Notes: generated from the letters alone by a model not told the origin. DNA of 64,000 bases from Candidatus Rokuibacteriota bacterium (GCA_016188005.1 JACPIQ010000121.1:11866-75865), one strand, 5' to 3'. Shown: positions 8,257 through 17,947, counted from the stretch's first letter. A program made the numbers and translations.

Positions 8257-10143
8257 ATGGCAGCTAACACCCGGTTCGTCGGAGGCACCGCCCACCACCT
8301 CCTCGCCAGCGTGGCCGAAGGCGCCCGGGCCGGGAGCGCCGAGGCGCTCGCGCGTGTGCGGGAGGCCGTGGCCGCGCGCCGCGCCGAGCGGGGCGGACAC
8401 GACGAGTGGGCGCGCCTCTGCGAGGAGGCCGGGGAGTTCGGGCTGGCGCTGTCCGAGTACCAGCTGGCGATCCGCGACGACCCGGACGACGCGGATGCCC
8501 TCGGGCGCCTGGCCGCGCTCTACGAGGAGCGTGGCGAGCCGGAGCACGCGGTCGAGTGCGCCGAGCGGCGCTTCCGCCTGCGCCCCGAGGACATCGGGGC
8601 GCTGGGGGCGCTGATCGACCTGCTCATCGGCGCGGGGGCGTTGGAGCGGGCGGGTGAGGTCGTCGAGTCGGCCCGGGGGCGGATCGATCCGGTCCAGGTG
8701 GACGCCGTGGCCGGCCGGCTCCGGACGGCGCGCAGCGTCCTGGACGACGAGGAGGAGGGCGATGCCGAGGAGCCGGCGGCGCCCACGGATGCCGATGTGG
8801 TGCGCTTTGCCCACCTCTTCGCCGGCCGCGAGAACGTCTACGCTCGGCAGTGGTGGAACCAGGATGGGCGCGGCGGGTACACGCCGGTGCACGAGCCGTT
8901 CACCTTCCAGGTGGCGCGCAACCACCTCCTCGGCAACGTTACCGTCGGCACCTACCCGATCCGGCTCGACGGCACGGCCACCTTTTTCGCCGTGGATCTC
9001 GACATCACCAAGCGCGCCCTGGAGACGGCACGCTCGAGCGTGGCCGAAGCGCGGCGGCTCCGCGACCTGGTCGCACGCGAGGCCCGCCGGATGCTGGATG
9101 ACCTCGCGGTGCTGGGCCTGCCCGCGGTGCTCGAGGACTCCGGCTACAAGGGGCGGCACCTGTGGGTGTTCCTGGAGGCCCCCGAGGACGCCGCGGTCCT
9201 GCGGCAGCTGGGCTCACTTCTCCTGGGAGCCTGCGGACCCACCTCGCCCGATCTCCACGCCGAGTTCTTCCCCAAGCAGGCCAGCACGGGCGCAGGCATC
9301 GGCAACCTGATCAAGCTGCCGCTGGGCATCCATCGCCGGACGGGTCGCTGGAGCCGGATCTTCCGGGCCGACGGCCTCGCCGAGCCCGCGCCGCACGCGG
9401 CGCTGCGCCAGCACCCGCGGGTGTCCCGAGAGGCGCTGCACGCGGCCATCGCCGCGCTGAAGCGCCGCGAGTCGGGACCGCGGCCGGCGGCGCCGGAGGC
9501 CGGGGAGGGCGCCGAGCAGGCGCCCGCATGGACGGCGGCGGACTTCGACACGCATCCCGAGGTGGGCCACCTGATGGGACACTGCCCGGTCCTGGTGGCC
9601 CTGCGAGACAAGGCTGAGAAGAATCGGCGCCTGACCCACGACGAGCAGGTCGTCCTGGCTCACACCGTGGGTCACAGCGGGGCGGGCGTCCTGGCCGTGA
9701 ACTACCTGCTGGACCGCTGCGTGGACGTGGCCCCGACGGCGGCGCTCAGGACGCCCCTCTCGGGCAACCCGATGTCGTGCGCGAAGATCCGCAAGCGAAT
9801 CCCGCACGTGAGCGGATCGGTGGCGTGCAACTGCCGCTTCGACTTCGCCCAAGACCACTACCCGACCCCGCGCCTGCACCTGCGAACGCTCGATCCGGCC
9901 GCGCTGGCGCAGCCCGCGCCCCGCGTCGAACCGGCGTGGGACCCGGCCGAGCGGGCGCGCCTCCTCGGCGGCCTGCGCCGACGCCAGGCTGAACTGGAGC
10001 GGGAAAGCAAGACGGTCGAGGGGGAGCTGCTCTGCCACCTCGAGCGCTCGGGGCTCGACATCCTCGAGCTCGATGAGGGAGTCTTCCGCGTGCGCCGCGA
10101 TGGGATCGTGGCGGCGCTCGAGTGGGAGCCGAAGACGGCGTGA
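8257..10143 (+). CDS. CRISPR-associated primase-polymerase (CAPP-like): N-terminal TPR-like domain + archaeo-eukaryotic primase (AEP/PrimPol) + PriCT-like + Cys/His knuckle
   Basis: AEP motif I FFAVDLD, motif II SGYKGRHLWVF, then GIGNLIKLPLGIH. PriCT-like segment GHCPVLVALRDKAEKNRRLTHDEQVVLAHTVG and CAKIRKRIPHVSGSVACNC. N-terminal ~190 aa form TPR-like helices. RBS GGAGACGGGGA precedes ATG 8257. The 3' end overlaps the cas1 start. Confidence 0.7.
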   Translation: MAANTRFVGGTAHHLLASVAEGARAGSAEALARVREAVAARRAERGGHDEWARLCEEAGEFGLALSEYQLAIRDDPDDADALGRLAALYEERGEPEHAVECAERRFRLRPEDIGALGALIDLLIGAGALERAGEVVESARGRIDPVQVDAVAGRLRTARSVLDDEEEGDAEEPAAPTDADVVRFAHLFAGRENVYARQWWNQDGRGGYTPVHEPFTFQVARNHLLGNVTVGTYPIRLDGTATFFAVDLDITKRALETARSSVAEARRLRDLVAREARRMLDDLAVLGLPAVLEDSGYKGRHLWVFLEAPEDAAVLRQLGSLLLGACGPTSPDLHAEFFPKQASTGAGIGNLIKLPLGIHRRTGRWSRIFRADGLAEPAPHAALRQHPRVSREALHAAIAALKRRESGPRPAAPEAGEGAEQAPAWTAADFDTHPEVGHLMGHCPVLVALRDKAEKNRRLTHDEQVVLAHTVGHSGAGVLAVNYLLDRCVDVAPTAALRTPLSGNPMSCAKIRKRIPHVSGSVACNCRFDFAQDHYPTPRLHLRTLDPAALAQPAPRVEPAWDPAERARLLGGLRRRQAELERESKTVEGELLCHLERSGLDILELDEGVFRVRRDGIVAALEWEPKTA

Positions 10144-11192
10144 GCCGGCTGGCGCTGATGGAGCAGGGCGTGGCGCTGGGTGTGGACGGCGAGGTGCTGA
10201 CCATCGAGCGCGGCGACCGCGTGATCGACCGGGTGCGCGTCGCGGAGATCGACCAGGTCCTGGCTTTCGGGGCGATCACCCTGCTGCCCGGCGCCGTCGC
10301 ACTGCTGCTGCGGCGCGGCATCGACACCGTCTACCTGACGGCGCGCGGCCGCTACCGGGGGCGGCTGGTGGGCGGCTTCAACCGGAATGTCGAGCGGAGG
10401 CTCGCCCAGTTCGAGCGGCTCCGGAGTGGGCCCACCGCAGTGGATCTGGCGCGGAGGATCGTTGCCGGGAAGATCGCCAACCAGCGGGCGCTCCTCCTGC
10501 GCGCCCAGCGGGAGCACCAGCAGCCGGAACTGGCCCAGGTCGCCGGGCAGATGCGGCGGGCCATGGACAGCCTGCCCGCTGCGGATGACCTGGATCGGAT
10601 CCGCGGCGCCGAGGGCCAGGCCTCGGCGGCCTACTTCGGCGCCTTCGGGCGGTGCCTCCGGAACCCGGCCTTCACGTTCAGCGTCCGGACTCGCCGGCCG
10701 CCGCGCGATCCCGTCAATGCGCTCCTGAGCTTCGGCTACGCCATGCTGACGACCGTGGTGGAGTCCGCAGTGCTGCGCGCCGGGCTCGACCCCATGCTAG
10801 GCTCGCTCCACGCCCCGGAGTTCGGGCGGCCGTCGCTGGTGCTGGACCTCATGGAAGAGTTCCGTCCCGTGCTGGTGGACGCCCTGGCGCTCCGGCTCGT
10901 GAACCGGCGCGCGGTGGCGCGCGAGGACTTCGAGGAGTTCGTCGAGGAGCCCGGCGACCCGCTCGGGGAAGCAGAGAGGGAGGAAGACGGCACTGCCCCC
11001 GCCGTCTGGCTCGGAGAGACGGGACGGCGTATCTTCTTCCGGGCGTGGGGCCGGCGCCTGCGCGAGACGCACTGGTACGAGTCCAGGCGCCAGACGCTGA
11101 CCTTCGAGCAGATTGTGCGGCAGCAGGTCTATCATCTGGTGAGGGTGCTCATGGGCGAGGACACGGCGTACTATCCCTTCACGGTCAGGTAG
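10122..11192 (+). CDS. cas1: Cas1 integrase
   Basis: Typical Cas1 N-terminus (LALMEQGVALGVDGEVLTIERGDRV...VLAFGAITLLPGAVALLLRRGIDTVYL) and length. The start may be GTG 10140 or ATG 10158. Confidence 0.9.
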   Translation: MGAEDGVSRLALMEQGVALGVDGEVLTIERGDRVIDRVRVAEIDQVLAFGAITLLPGAVALLLRRGIDTVYLTARGRYRGRLVGGFNRNVERRLAQFERLRSGPTAVDLARRIVAGKIANQRALLLRAQREHQQPELAQVAGQMRRAMDSLPAADDLDRIRGAEGQASAAYFGAFGRCLRNPAFTFSVRTRRPPRDPVNALLSFGYAMLTTVVESAVLRAGLDPMLGSLHAPEFGRPSLVLDLMEEFRPVLVDALALRLVNRRAVAREDFEEFVEEPGDPLGEAEREEDGTAPAVWLGETGRRIFFRAWGRRLRETHWYESRRQTLTFEQIVRQQVYHLVRVLMGEDTAYYPFTVR

Positions 11193-11196
11193 GGCA

Positions 11197-11484
11197 ATGG
11201 GATCCCGGCACCTCGTGATCAGCTACGACGTGACCGATGACCGGATCCGCGCGCGGCTGGCCAAACGGCTGCGAGGGTACGTGGACCGAGTCCAGAAGAG
11301 CGTGTTCGAGGGCCCCGTCGAGGAGGGGCGGCTGGAGGACCTTCGGGCGGGGATCCGGCAGGCCATAGACCAGGAGGCGGACTCGGTTAGGGTCTACAGC
11401 CTGTGCGCCCGGTGCCAGGGGGCGACGGAGATCATAGGCACGGGCGTGTACGTCGAGCGGGAGGAGGGCGATGTCATCGTCTGA
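11197..11484 (+). CDS. cas2: Cas2
   Basis: LVISYDVTDDRIRARLAKRLRGYVDRVQKSVFEG...DSVRVYSL, 95 aa, lies immediately after the cas1 stop. Confidence 0.9.
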   Translation: MGSRHLVISYDVTDDRIRARLAKRLRGYVDRVQKSVFEGPVEEGRLEDLRAGIRQAIDQEADSVRVYSLCARCQGATEIIGTGVYVEREEGDVIV

Positions 11485-11700
11485 TGGGCGCGGATCTCGA
11501 CGGGCCAGGGGGGCGTCGCGGAAGTGGGCATCCCTCCTCACCTGGGCCATGACGATCCGCGCGAGCTGTAAGGGCTTGAACGGGAACACGTGTTCGGCTG
11601 ACCGGGCGCGTGCGGGGAGGGGGTGGTCCGCGACGAGAGGCAGGGATCCGCGCTCGACAGTGCTCGATGTCCCGTGCGACGAGGGTTTGGCAGGCGCGGG
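11485..11700 (+). promoter_or_regulatory. CRISPR leader (216 bp between cas2 and the first repeat), unusually GC-rich
   Basis: Sits between the cas2 stop and repeat 1. The degenerate repeat is at the opposite end of the array, which places the leader here. Confidence 0.5.
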
Positions 11701-12404
11701 GACCGAATGGACGCCCCGAACGAAAGGGGATTACGACGCGCGCAATTCCTCTAATACGTACATGCTGCACGACCGAATGGACGCCCCGAACGAAAGGGGA
11801 TTACGACGAGCCGGATCTCGTTCTGTCCAACGCGGATGAGAGACCGAATGGACGCCCCGAACGAAAGGGGATTACGACCGCGTGATCAGGAGGATGGGCA
11901 TGATCAGGCTGGGAGACCGAATGGACGCCCCGAACGAAAGGGGATTACGACTCGAACAACGGCTCGCACTCCCACTCCTCGACCTCGACCGAATGGACGC
12001 CGCGAACGAAAGGGGATTACGACCTTGGCCATTCTTCCAGTCGCGAGCCGAGGGAGTCGCCGACCGAATGGACGCCCCGAACGAAAGGAGATTACGACCC
12101 CCATCAGCGTCGGTCCCGGCTTTGCCGCGCGCCGGCGAGCTGACCGAATGGACGCCCCGAACGAGGGGGATTACGACCACCTGCGCCTCCAGGTGCCGGA
12201 TGCGGTCGGCGGGACCGAATGGACGCCCCGAACGAAAGGGGATTACGACATCGGGCCGGCCATGAGTCACGCCTCCAAGGTGCTGCGTGGGAGACCGAAT
12301 GGACGCCCCGAACGAAAGGGGATTACGACGTCCATCAGCGCGCCGAGGCCGAGGGTGGCGAGACACAGACCGAATGGACGCCCCGAACGAAAGGGGCGTC
12401 CAGA
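11701..12404 (+). CRISPR. CRISPR array: 9 repeats + 1 degenerate terminal repeat; consensus GACCGAATGGACGCCCCGAACGAAAGGGGATTACGAC (37 bp); spacers 33,34,36,35,38,43,35,43,38 bp
   Basis: Repeats start at 11701, 11771, 11842, 11915, 11987 (CC>CG), 12062 (GGG>GAG), 12142 (36 bp, AAAG>GG), 12213, 12293, and a degenerate copy at 12368 (29/37 match). Same strand as the cas genes. The 3' 8 nt ATTACGAC would give the crRNA 5' tag. Confidence 0.95.
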
Positions 12405-12502
12405 TCCGAGAGGCGGCGCCGCCGACTCGGCCATGGGGGCGGGACACTCGCGGAACGGGCGGCCGCCTTCGGTGTTTCGCCTGCGCGCGGCGGCGCGAGA
12501 TC

Positions 12503-12527
12503 GGCCGGGCTCGCACGCGGCCTTTTT
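12503..12527 (+). terminator. Weak hairpin + T-tract downstream of the array (possible array terminator)
   Basis: GGCCGGGCTCGCACGCGGCC followed by TTTTTCGG. Confidence 0.25.
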
Positions 12528-12689
12528 CGGTCAAGGCGAGCGAGGATCCGTGAGAAGATCGGGCCGCTCGCCGCGCCGCGGGATCGGCGAGGCGAGCCGA
12601 CGCTCTCCACGGGGTACTGTGGCGGGGGCGTCAGCCGGCACGGAGTGGACTTGCGCTGCCGCCCGGGGGGAGCGCCGGGGGGGACGAGG

Positions 12690-14141
12690 ATGACGAAGGG
12701 GCACGACGTCGTCGTCGTGGGATGCGGCATCGCCGGGCTGGCGGCGGCGGCCAGCGCCACCGAGGCCGGAACGCGGGTCGCTCTGCTCGAACGGGCGTCG
12801 CGGGATGAGCGCGGCGGCAACTCGCGCTACACGGAGTCCTACTTCCGGATGCGATCCGAGAGCCAGGTGTCCGAGGACTTCCAGTCTGGCCTGGAGGCCA
12901 ATGCCGGCGGATACCTGGATCCGGAGCTGGTGAAATCGGTTCTCAAGTCGCCCGATCAGTGGCCGCCCCTGCTGCGGTCGCTCAGCTTTGTCGATCCCGA
13001 GCTGATCGCCGAGTTCGCGCGCGAGGTTCCGGGGGCCGTCGCCTGGCTGAAGCGGTCCGGCGTGCGCTTCGAGCTCCTGCCCACGCAGTTCATCACCCAG
13101 ACCACGCCCCGCCTCCTTCCGGTGGGCGGGGGCCTCGCCATCGTCGAGGCGCTGGCCGAGCTGGCCGAGCGCCAGGGTGTCGCCTTCCACTACGAGACCA
13201 CCGCCCTCTCGCTCTTGACGGGGGACGATGGCTCCGTGGTGGGCGTCCAGGCACGCTCCAGGGCCGCGGGGAGCATGGAGTTCCGCGGCCAGGTGGTCCT
13301 GGCCTGTGGAGGGTTCGAGGGGAACCCGGAGATGCTCACCCAGTACCTCGGGCCGGGTGCCCATTTCGTGAGGCCCGTGGCGCGCGGCGGCCACTACAAC
13401 AAGGGCGAGGGGATCCGGATGGCCCTGGCTCTCGGTGCGGCCCCCGCGGGGGAGTACGGGAGCTTCCACGCAGAGCCCATCGACCCTCGCTCCGGGGCCT
13501 CCGAGCCGTCCATCATGATCTTCCCCTACGGTATCCTGGTCAACCGCCGGGGCGAGCGCTTCGTGGACGAGGGGGCGGACCGGGTGGACCGGATCTACGA
13601 GGAGGTGACGCGCGCGATCTGGCGGCAGCCTCAGGGCATTGCCTATTGCGTGTGCGACGCGCGGGTGCGGGAGATCCCGGGCTACATGCGCGCCATCAGG
13701 ACCGACCAGCCGGCCGTCGAGGCCGACAGCCTGCGGGCCCTCGCGGAGAAGCTGGAGCTGCCCGTGGAGGTCTTCGAGGCCACCGTCCGCCGCTACAACG
13801 CGGCCGCCGAGCCCGGCCCCTTCGACCCCATGGGGCTCGACGGCCTGCGCACGCGGGGGCTCGTGCCCGCCAAGAGCAACTGGGCCGTGCCGCTGGAGCG
13901 GGCGCCGTTCTTCGCCTACCCCATCATCTCCTCTGTGGTGTTCACCTTCGGGGGGCTCAAGGTCACGCCCCGGGGAGAGGTGATCAACGCCGACGGGGAC
14001 CTCATCCGCGGCCTGTACGCGGCGGGGGAGGTCATCGGCATGTACTACGGCTCCTATCTGGGCAGCACCTCGGTGCTCAAGAGCCTGGTGTTCGGGCGCA
14101 TCGCCGGCGCGGTGGCCGCAGGAGCGCCGCGTCGCTCGTGA
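12690..14141 (+). CDS. FAD-dependent tricarballylate dehydrogenase (TcuA)-like / fumarate-reductase-flavoprotein-family oxidoreductase
   Basis: N-terminal FAD fold HDVVVVGCGIAGLAAA...LLERASRDERGGNS. 484 aa. The track start 12219 lies inside the CRISPR array and is rejected. Confidence 0.75.
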   Translation: MTKGHDVVVVGCGIAGLAAAASATEAGTRVALLERASRDERGGNSRYTESYFRMRSESQVSEDFQSGLEANAGGYLDPELVKSVLKSPDQWPPLLRSLSFVDPELIAEFAREVPGAVAWLKRSGVRFELLPTQFITQTTPRLLPVGGGLAIVEALAELAERQGVAFHYETTALSLLTGDDGSVVGVQARSRAAGSMEFRGQVVLACGGFEGNPEMLTQYLGPGAHFVRPVARGGHYNKGEGIRMALALGAAPAGEYGSFHAEPIDPRSGASEPSIMIFPYGILVNRRGERFVDEGADRVDRIYEEVTRAIWRQPQGIAYCVCDARVREIPGYMRAIRTDQPAVEADSLRALAEKLELPVEVFEATVRRYNAAAEPGPFDPMGLDGLRTRGLVPAKSNWAVPLERAPFFAYPIISSVVFTFGGLKVTPRGEVINADGDLIRGLYAAGEVIGMYYGSYLGSTSVLKSLVFGRIAGAVAAGAPRRS

Positions 14142-14183
14142 CGCGAGGCGTGGCCGCTCTCCGTCTCCCAAGAGGACTGACCC

Positions 14184-15008
14184 ATGGCGAGCAGTGACAT
14201 CCGGATCTGGCATCAGAGCTTCACCGTCCTCGAGAAGCTTCCCGACTATGCCGCCGCCCTCCGCGCGCACATGGCGAAGGTCTCGCGTCCGGGCACGGAG
14301 GTCGTGCTGCACGGCATGCACCCGGAGACCTACGCGACGGAGTACCCCGGAGCCGACATCCGCTTCGGCTATCTCTACCTGCTCCATGCCCATCAGTTCG
14401 CCGTCAACGGGCTCGCGGCCCAGCGCCAGGGATTCGACGCCTACGCCATCAGCACGCTGCCCGACCCCGTGCTCCGGGAGACGCGGAGCCTGGTGGAGAT
14501 CCCCGTGGTGGGGTACGGCGAGGCCGCGATGCACCTGGCCTGCTTCCTGGGGCAGCGCTTCGGGATCCTCGTGTTCATCGACGCGCTGGTGCCGCGCCTC
14601 GAGGAGAACGCCCGCCGCTACGGGCTTGCCGGGCGGATGGCGGGGGTGCGCCACGCGGGGTTCCAGTTCAGCGACGTGGCGGCGGCGTTCGCCAACCCGC
14701 GTCCGATCGTGGAGCGCTTCCAGGAGGCCGCCCGGCGGATGATCGCCGACGGGGCCGACGTGCTGATCCCCGGCGAGGCGGTGCTTTGCGTGCTTCTCGC
14801 CTCGCAGGGGGTGAGCCGCGTGGACGACGTGCCGGTGGTCGATGCGCTGGCCGCCACGGTGAAGATGGCGGAGGCGCTGGTGGACCTGCGCCGGATCACC
14901 GGGCTCGAGGCGAGCCGGAAGGGGCACTTCGCCGCGGCGCCGCCCCGCGGAAGGGTCGAGGAGCTGCTTCGCTTCTACGGGCTGGACCGATTCGGGCACC
15001 AGACGTGA
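14184..15008 (+). CDS. Asp/Glu/hydantoin-racemase-family protein
   Basis: Two-lobe racemase-like signature: DAYAISTLPDP...VGYGEAAM, then DVLIPGEAVLCVLL. Confidence 0.5.
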   Translation: MASSDIRIWHQSFTVLEKLPDYAAALRAHMAKVSRPGTEVVLHGMHPETYATEYPGADIRFGYLYLLHAHQFAVNGLAAQRQGFDAYAISTLPDPVLRETRSLVEIPVVGYGEAAMHLACFLGQRFGILVFIDALVPRLEENARRYGLAGRMAGVRHAGFQFSDVAAAFANPRPIVERFQEAARRMIADGADVLIPGEAVLCVLLASQGVSRVDDVPVVDALAATVKMAEALVDLRRITGLEASRKGHFAAAPPRGRVEELLRFYGLDRFGHQT

Positions 15009-15039
15009 ACCAGGGCTGTTTCACGGGAGGGAAGGCGCC

Positions 15040-15990
15040 ATGAGCAGGACACGAGCATGGATCGTCGCCGCTGTCGCGCTGGCCGCGACCGCGGCCGGAG
15101 CCGGGCCGGCGGCCGCGCAGCAGGTCGTGGTGGTGTCGGGCCCGATCGGGGGCGTCTGGTACCCCGTCGCCAGCGGCATGGCCGAGATCCTCCAGAACAA
15201 GGTGGGGGTCACGGTGACGCAGCAGCCGGGCGGCGGCATCTCGAACGTGTTCAACGTGGCCGCGGGCAAGGCGCAGCTGGGCTTCACGACCGCTGACGCC
15301 GCCGGGGCCGCCTTCGCCGGGGCGGGGGACTTCAAGGGCAAGGCGACGCCGAACCTCAGGCTCGTCGGGGTGCTGTACGGCCAGCAGTACAACCTGGCCG
15401 TCTTCGCCGACAGCCCGATCAGGAAGGTCCAGGACCTCAAGGGCCGCGCCCTCGTGACGACGCCCCGCGGCTCGTCCACGGAGCTCATGACCCGGCGCGT
15501 GCTGGAGGCCCACGGGCTGAGCTACGAGGACCTCAAGAAGGTCAACTACGGGAGCAACACCGACGGCGTGAACATGATGAAGGACGGGCACGCCGAGGTG
15601 ATGTCGCACCTCATCACGAACCCCGCGGCCTACCTCATGGATCTGGCCTCCGCCAAGCCGATCCGGCTGATCTCGCTCGACCCCGCGGCCGTCGACCGCC
15701 TGGTGAAGTTCCCCGGGTACACGCGGGCGACGATCAAGGCGGGGATCTACAAGGGCCAGGACCAGGAGGCGCTGACGCTCAACTCGCCCGTCATGCTCGT
15801 GACGCGGGCGGAAATGGCCGAGGACCTCGTCTACAAGCTCACCAAGGCGCTCTTCGAGAACCGCGCCCAGCTCGTGAACGTGCACAAGGTCATGGAGCAC
15901 TTCGTTGCCCAGGACGCGGCCCGGGACCCCGTTGTCCCGGTCCATGCGGGTGCCCTGAAGTACTACAGAGAGGTGGGCGCTGTCCGATAA
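15040..15990 (+). CDS. TAXI-family TRAP transporter solute-binding protein
   Basis: Signal peptide followed by QQVVVVSGPIGGVWYPVASGMAEIL, typical of TAXI receptors. Confidence 0.8.
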   Translation: MSRTRAWIVAAVALAATAAGAGPAAAQQVVVVSGPIGGVWYPVASGMAEILQNKVGVTVTQQPGGGISNVFNVAAGKAQLGFTTADAAGAAFAGAGDFKGKATPNLRLVGVLYGQQYNLAVFADSPIRKVQDLKGRALVTTPRGSSTELMTRRVLEAHGLSYEDLKKVNYGSNTDGVNMMKDGHAEVMSHLITNPAAYLMDLASAKPIRLISLDPAAVDRLVKFPGYTRATIKAGIYKGQDQEALTLNSPVMLVTRAEMAEDLVYKLTKALFENRAQLVNVHKVMEHFVAQDAARDPVVPVHAGALKYYREVGAVR

Positions 15991-16108
15991 GCCGCCGCTC
16001 GGCGCGCGGCTCGACGAGGCCCGGGGCGTCCACGAGGCGGCCCGGCTCGAGACGCCGGCCTTCTCCCGGCCCGGCGGCTGGGCGGGGCAGGTCGTTCGCG
16101 CTCTCGCG

Positions 16109-17947
16109 GTGGCCTTCTCGCTGTACCAGCTCTACACCGCTGCTTTCGGAGCCTTCGAGCAGTCCATCCAGCGCTCGGTGCACCTGGCGTTCGGCCTGGC
16201 GCTGCTCGGGCTGACCTACCCGCTCCGGCGCCGGGGTGCCGGGACGGCGGGGGCCCCGCCGCTGGCGGACTGGGTGTTCGCCCTCCTCGGGGCCCTGTCG
16301 TCACTGTACCTGGTCCTCCAGTACGAGCGGCTGACGACCCGGATCTCCATGGTGACGCCCCTCGAGACCCTGGATCTGGCGGCCGGGGTGATTCTCACCG
16401 TCGTGGTGCTCGAGGCCTGCCGCCGGACGGTGAGCCTGGGCCTGGCGCTGGTGGCGGTCGGCTTCATCGTCTACGGGTTCGTCGGGTGGCTGATCCCGGG
16501 CCGCTTCGGGCATCCCGGCTTCCTCTTCGATCAGCTCGTCGAGGTCGTCTTCCTGTCCAGCGAGGGGATCTTCGGGATTCCCCTCGGAGTCTCCGCCACC
16601 TACGCCTTCCTGTTCATCGTCTTCGGCGGCTTCCTCATGCGCCTCGGGCTGATGTCTTTCTTCGCCGACCTGGCGCTGGCGCTGGCCGGGGCCACCTCCG
16701 GCGGGCCCGCCAAGGTCGCCATCGTCTGCAGCGCCCTCTTCGGGACCATCAGCGGCAGCGGCATCGCCAACGCCATCACGACGGGGAGCTTCACGGTCCC
16801 GCTCATGGTGCGCGCGGGCTACCGGCCCCACTTCGCGGCCGGCGTCGAGTCCGCGGCGTCCATGGGCGGCAACATCATGCCTCCCGTCATGGGGGCCGCC
16901 GCCTTCATCATGGCGGACTTCCTCGGCGTGCCCTATCAGCAGGTGGCGGTGGCCGCCATCATCCCCGCCGTCCTCTACTTCTTCGGGGCCGGGGCGATCG
17001 TGCACTTCGAGGCGCTCAAGCGGGGGATCCCCCGCATTCCCCGCGCCGAGCTGCCCCCCCTCGGCCGCGTGCTCCGCGAGCGGGCCTACCTGGCCATCCC
17101 CGTCGCGGGGCTGATCTACTTTCTCATGAGCGGGCGGAGCGCCATCTTCGCCGGCTTCTGGGCCACGGTGCTGACCATCCCCGTGAGCTACCTGCGCCGG
17201 GAGACCCGGATCACGCCGCGGAAGATCGTGGAGGCGCTGGAGTGGGCGGCCCTGACGGCGTTGCCCGTGATCACGGCGTGCGCCGTCGTGGGCATCATCC
17301 TCGGACTCGTCGCGCAGACGGGCGTGGGCGTGAAGATGGCCAGCGCGATCCTGGCCCTCGCCTATGGCAACATGTTCGTCACGCTGGTCCTGGCCATGCT
17401 CGCCTCGCTGCTCCTGGGGACGGGCCTGCCCACGACCCCGACCTACATCATCACGGCGGCGCTCACGGCGCCCGCCCTGGTGAAGTTCGGGCTGCCGCCG
17501 CTGGCGGCGCACTTCTTCGTCTTCTACTACGGGATCCTTGCCGACATCACGCCTCCCACGGCCATCGCCCCGTACGCGCTCTCGGCCATCGCCCGGTCGG
17601 ACCCGAACCGGACGTGCTGGGCCGCGTGCCTGGTGGCCCTGTCCGGCTTCATCGTTCCGTTCATCTTCGCCTACGAGCCCGCCATGCTCGACCCGCTCAT
17701 GGCATGGCCCGGGACCAGCGCGTACCGGGTCGTCGGCGTGGCGCTCTCGGCGGTGCTCGGCGTGCTCATGCTGAGCGCCGCCCTCATCGGCTGGCTGCGC
17801 AGACGCGCCACCATGCTGGAGCGGCTGCTGCTCCTCGCAGGAGCCGTCGCGCTCATCACGCCCGGGCTCGCGACCGATGTCGCGGGCCTGTCGATGCTCG
17901 CCCTGGTGCTGGCGCTGCAGGCCTGGCGCGGGCGCGCCCGCCCCTGA
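16109..17947 (+). CDS. TRAP transporter fused permease (TAXI-type DctQM fusion)
   Basis: Polytopic membrane protein with the TRAP 4TM/12TM-fusion pattern. Paralogous to the partial ORF at 62439. Confidence 0.8.
   Translation: MAFSLYQLYTAAFGAFEQSIQRSVHLAFGLALLGLTYPLRRRGAGTAGAPPLADWVFALLGALSSLYLVLQYERLTTRISMVTPLETLDLAAGVILTVVVLEACRRTVSLGLALVAVGFIVYGFVGWLIPGRFGHPGFLFDQLVEVVFLSSEGIFGIPLGVSATYAFLFIVFGGFLMRLGLMSFFADLALALAGATSGGPAKVAIVCSALFGTISGSGIANAITTGSFTVPLMVRAGYRPHFAAGVESAASMGGNIMPPVMGAAAFIMADFLGVPYQQVAVAAIIPAVLYFFGAGAIVHFEALKRGIPRIPRAELPPLGRVLRERAYLAIPVAGLIYFLMSGRSAIFAGFWATVLTIPVSYLRRETRITPRKIVEALEWAALTALPVITACAVVGIILGLVAQTGVGVKMASAILALAYGNMFVTLVLAMLASLLLGTGLPTTPTYIITAALTAPALVKFGLPPLAAHFFVFYYGILADITPPTAIAPYALSAIARSDPNRTCWAACLVALSGFIVPFIFAYEPAMLDPLMAWPGTSAYRVVGVALSAVLGVLMLSAALIGWLRRRATMLERLLLLAGAVALITPGLATDVAGLSMLALVLALQAWRGRARP

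Noticed and set aside
12219-12689. Upstream extension of the TcuA-like flavoprotein ORF into the CRISPR array
   Set aside because: The extension begins inside repeat 8 and the terminal repeat. The genuine N-terminus is the FAD-binding MTKGHDVVVVGCG at 12690.
11836-12693. ORFs at 11836..12693, 11882..12265, 12287..12553 and minus-strand 11872..12534 / 11904..12104 that translate repeated peptides such as RPNGRPERKGITT
   Set aside because: They are translations of the 37-bp CRISPR repeat units in different frames. Non-coding.
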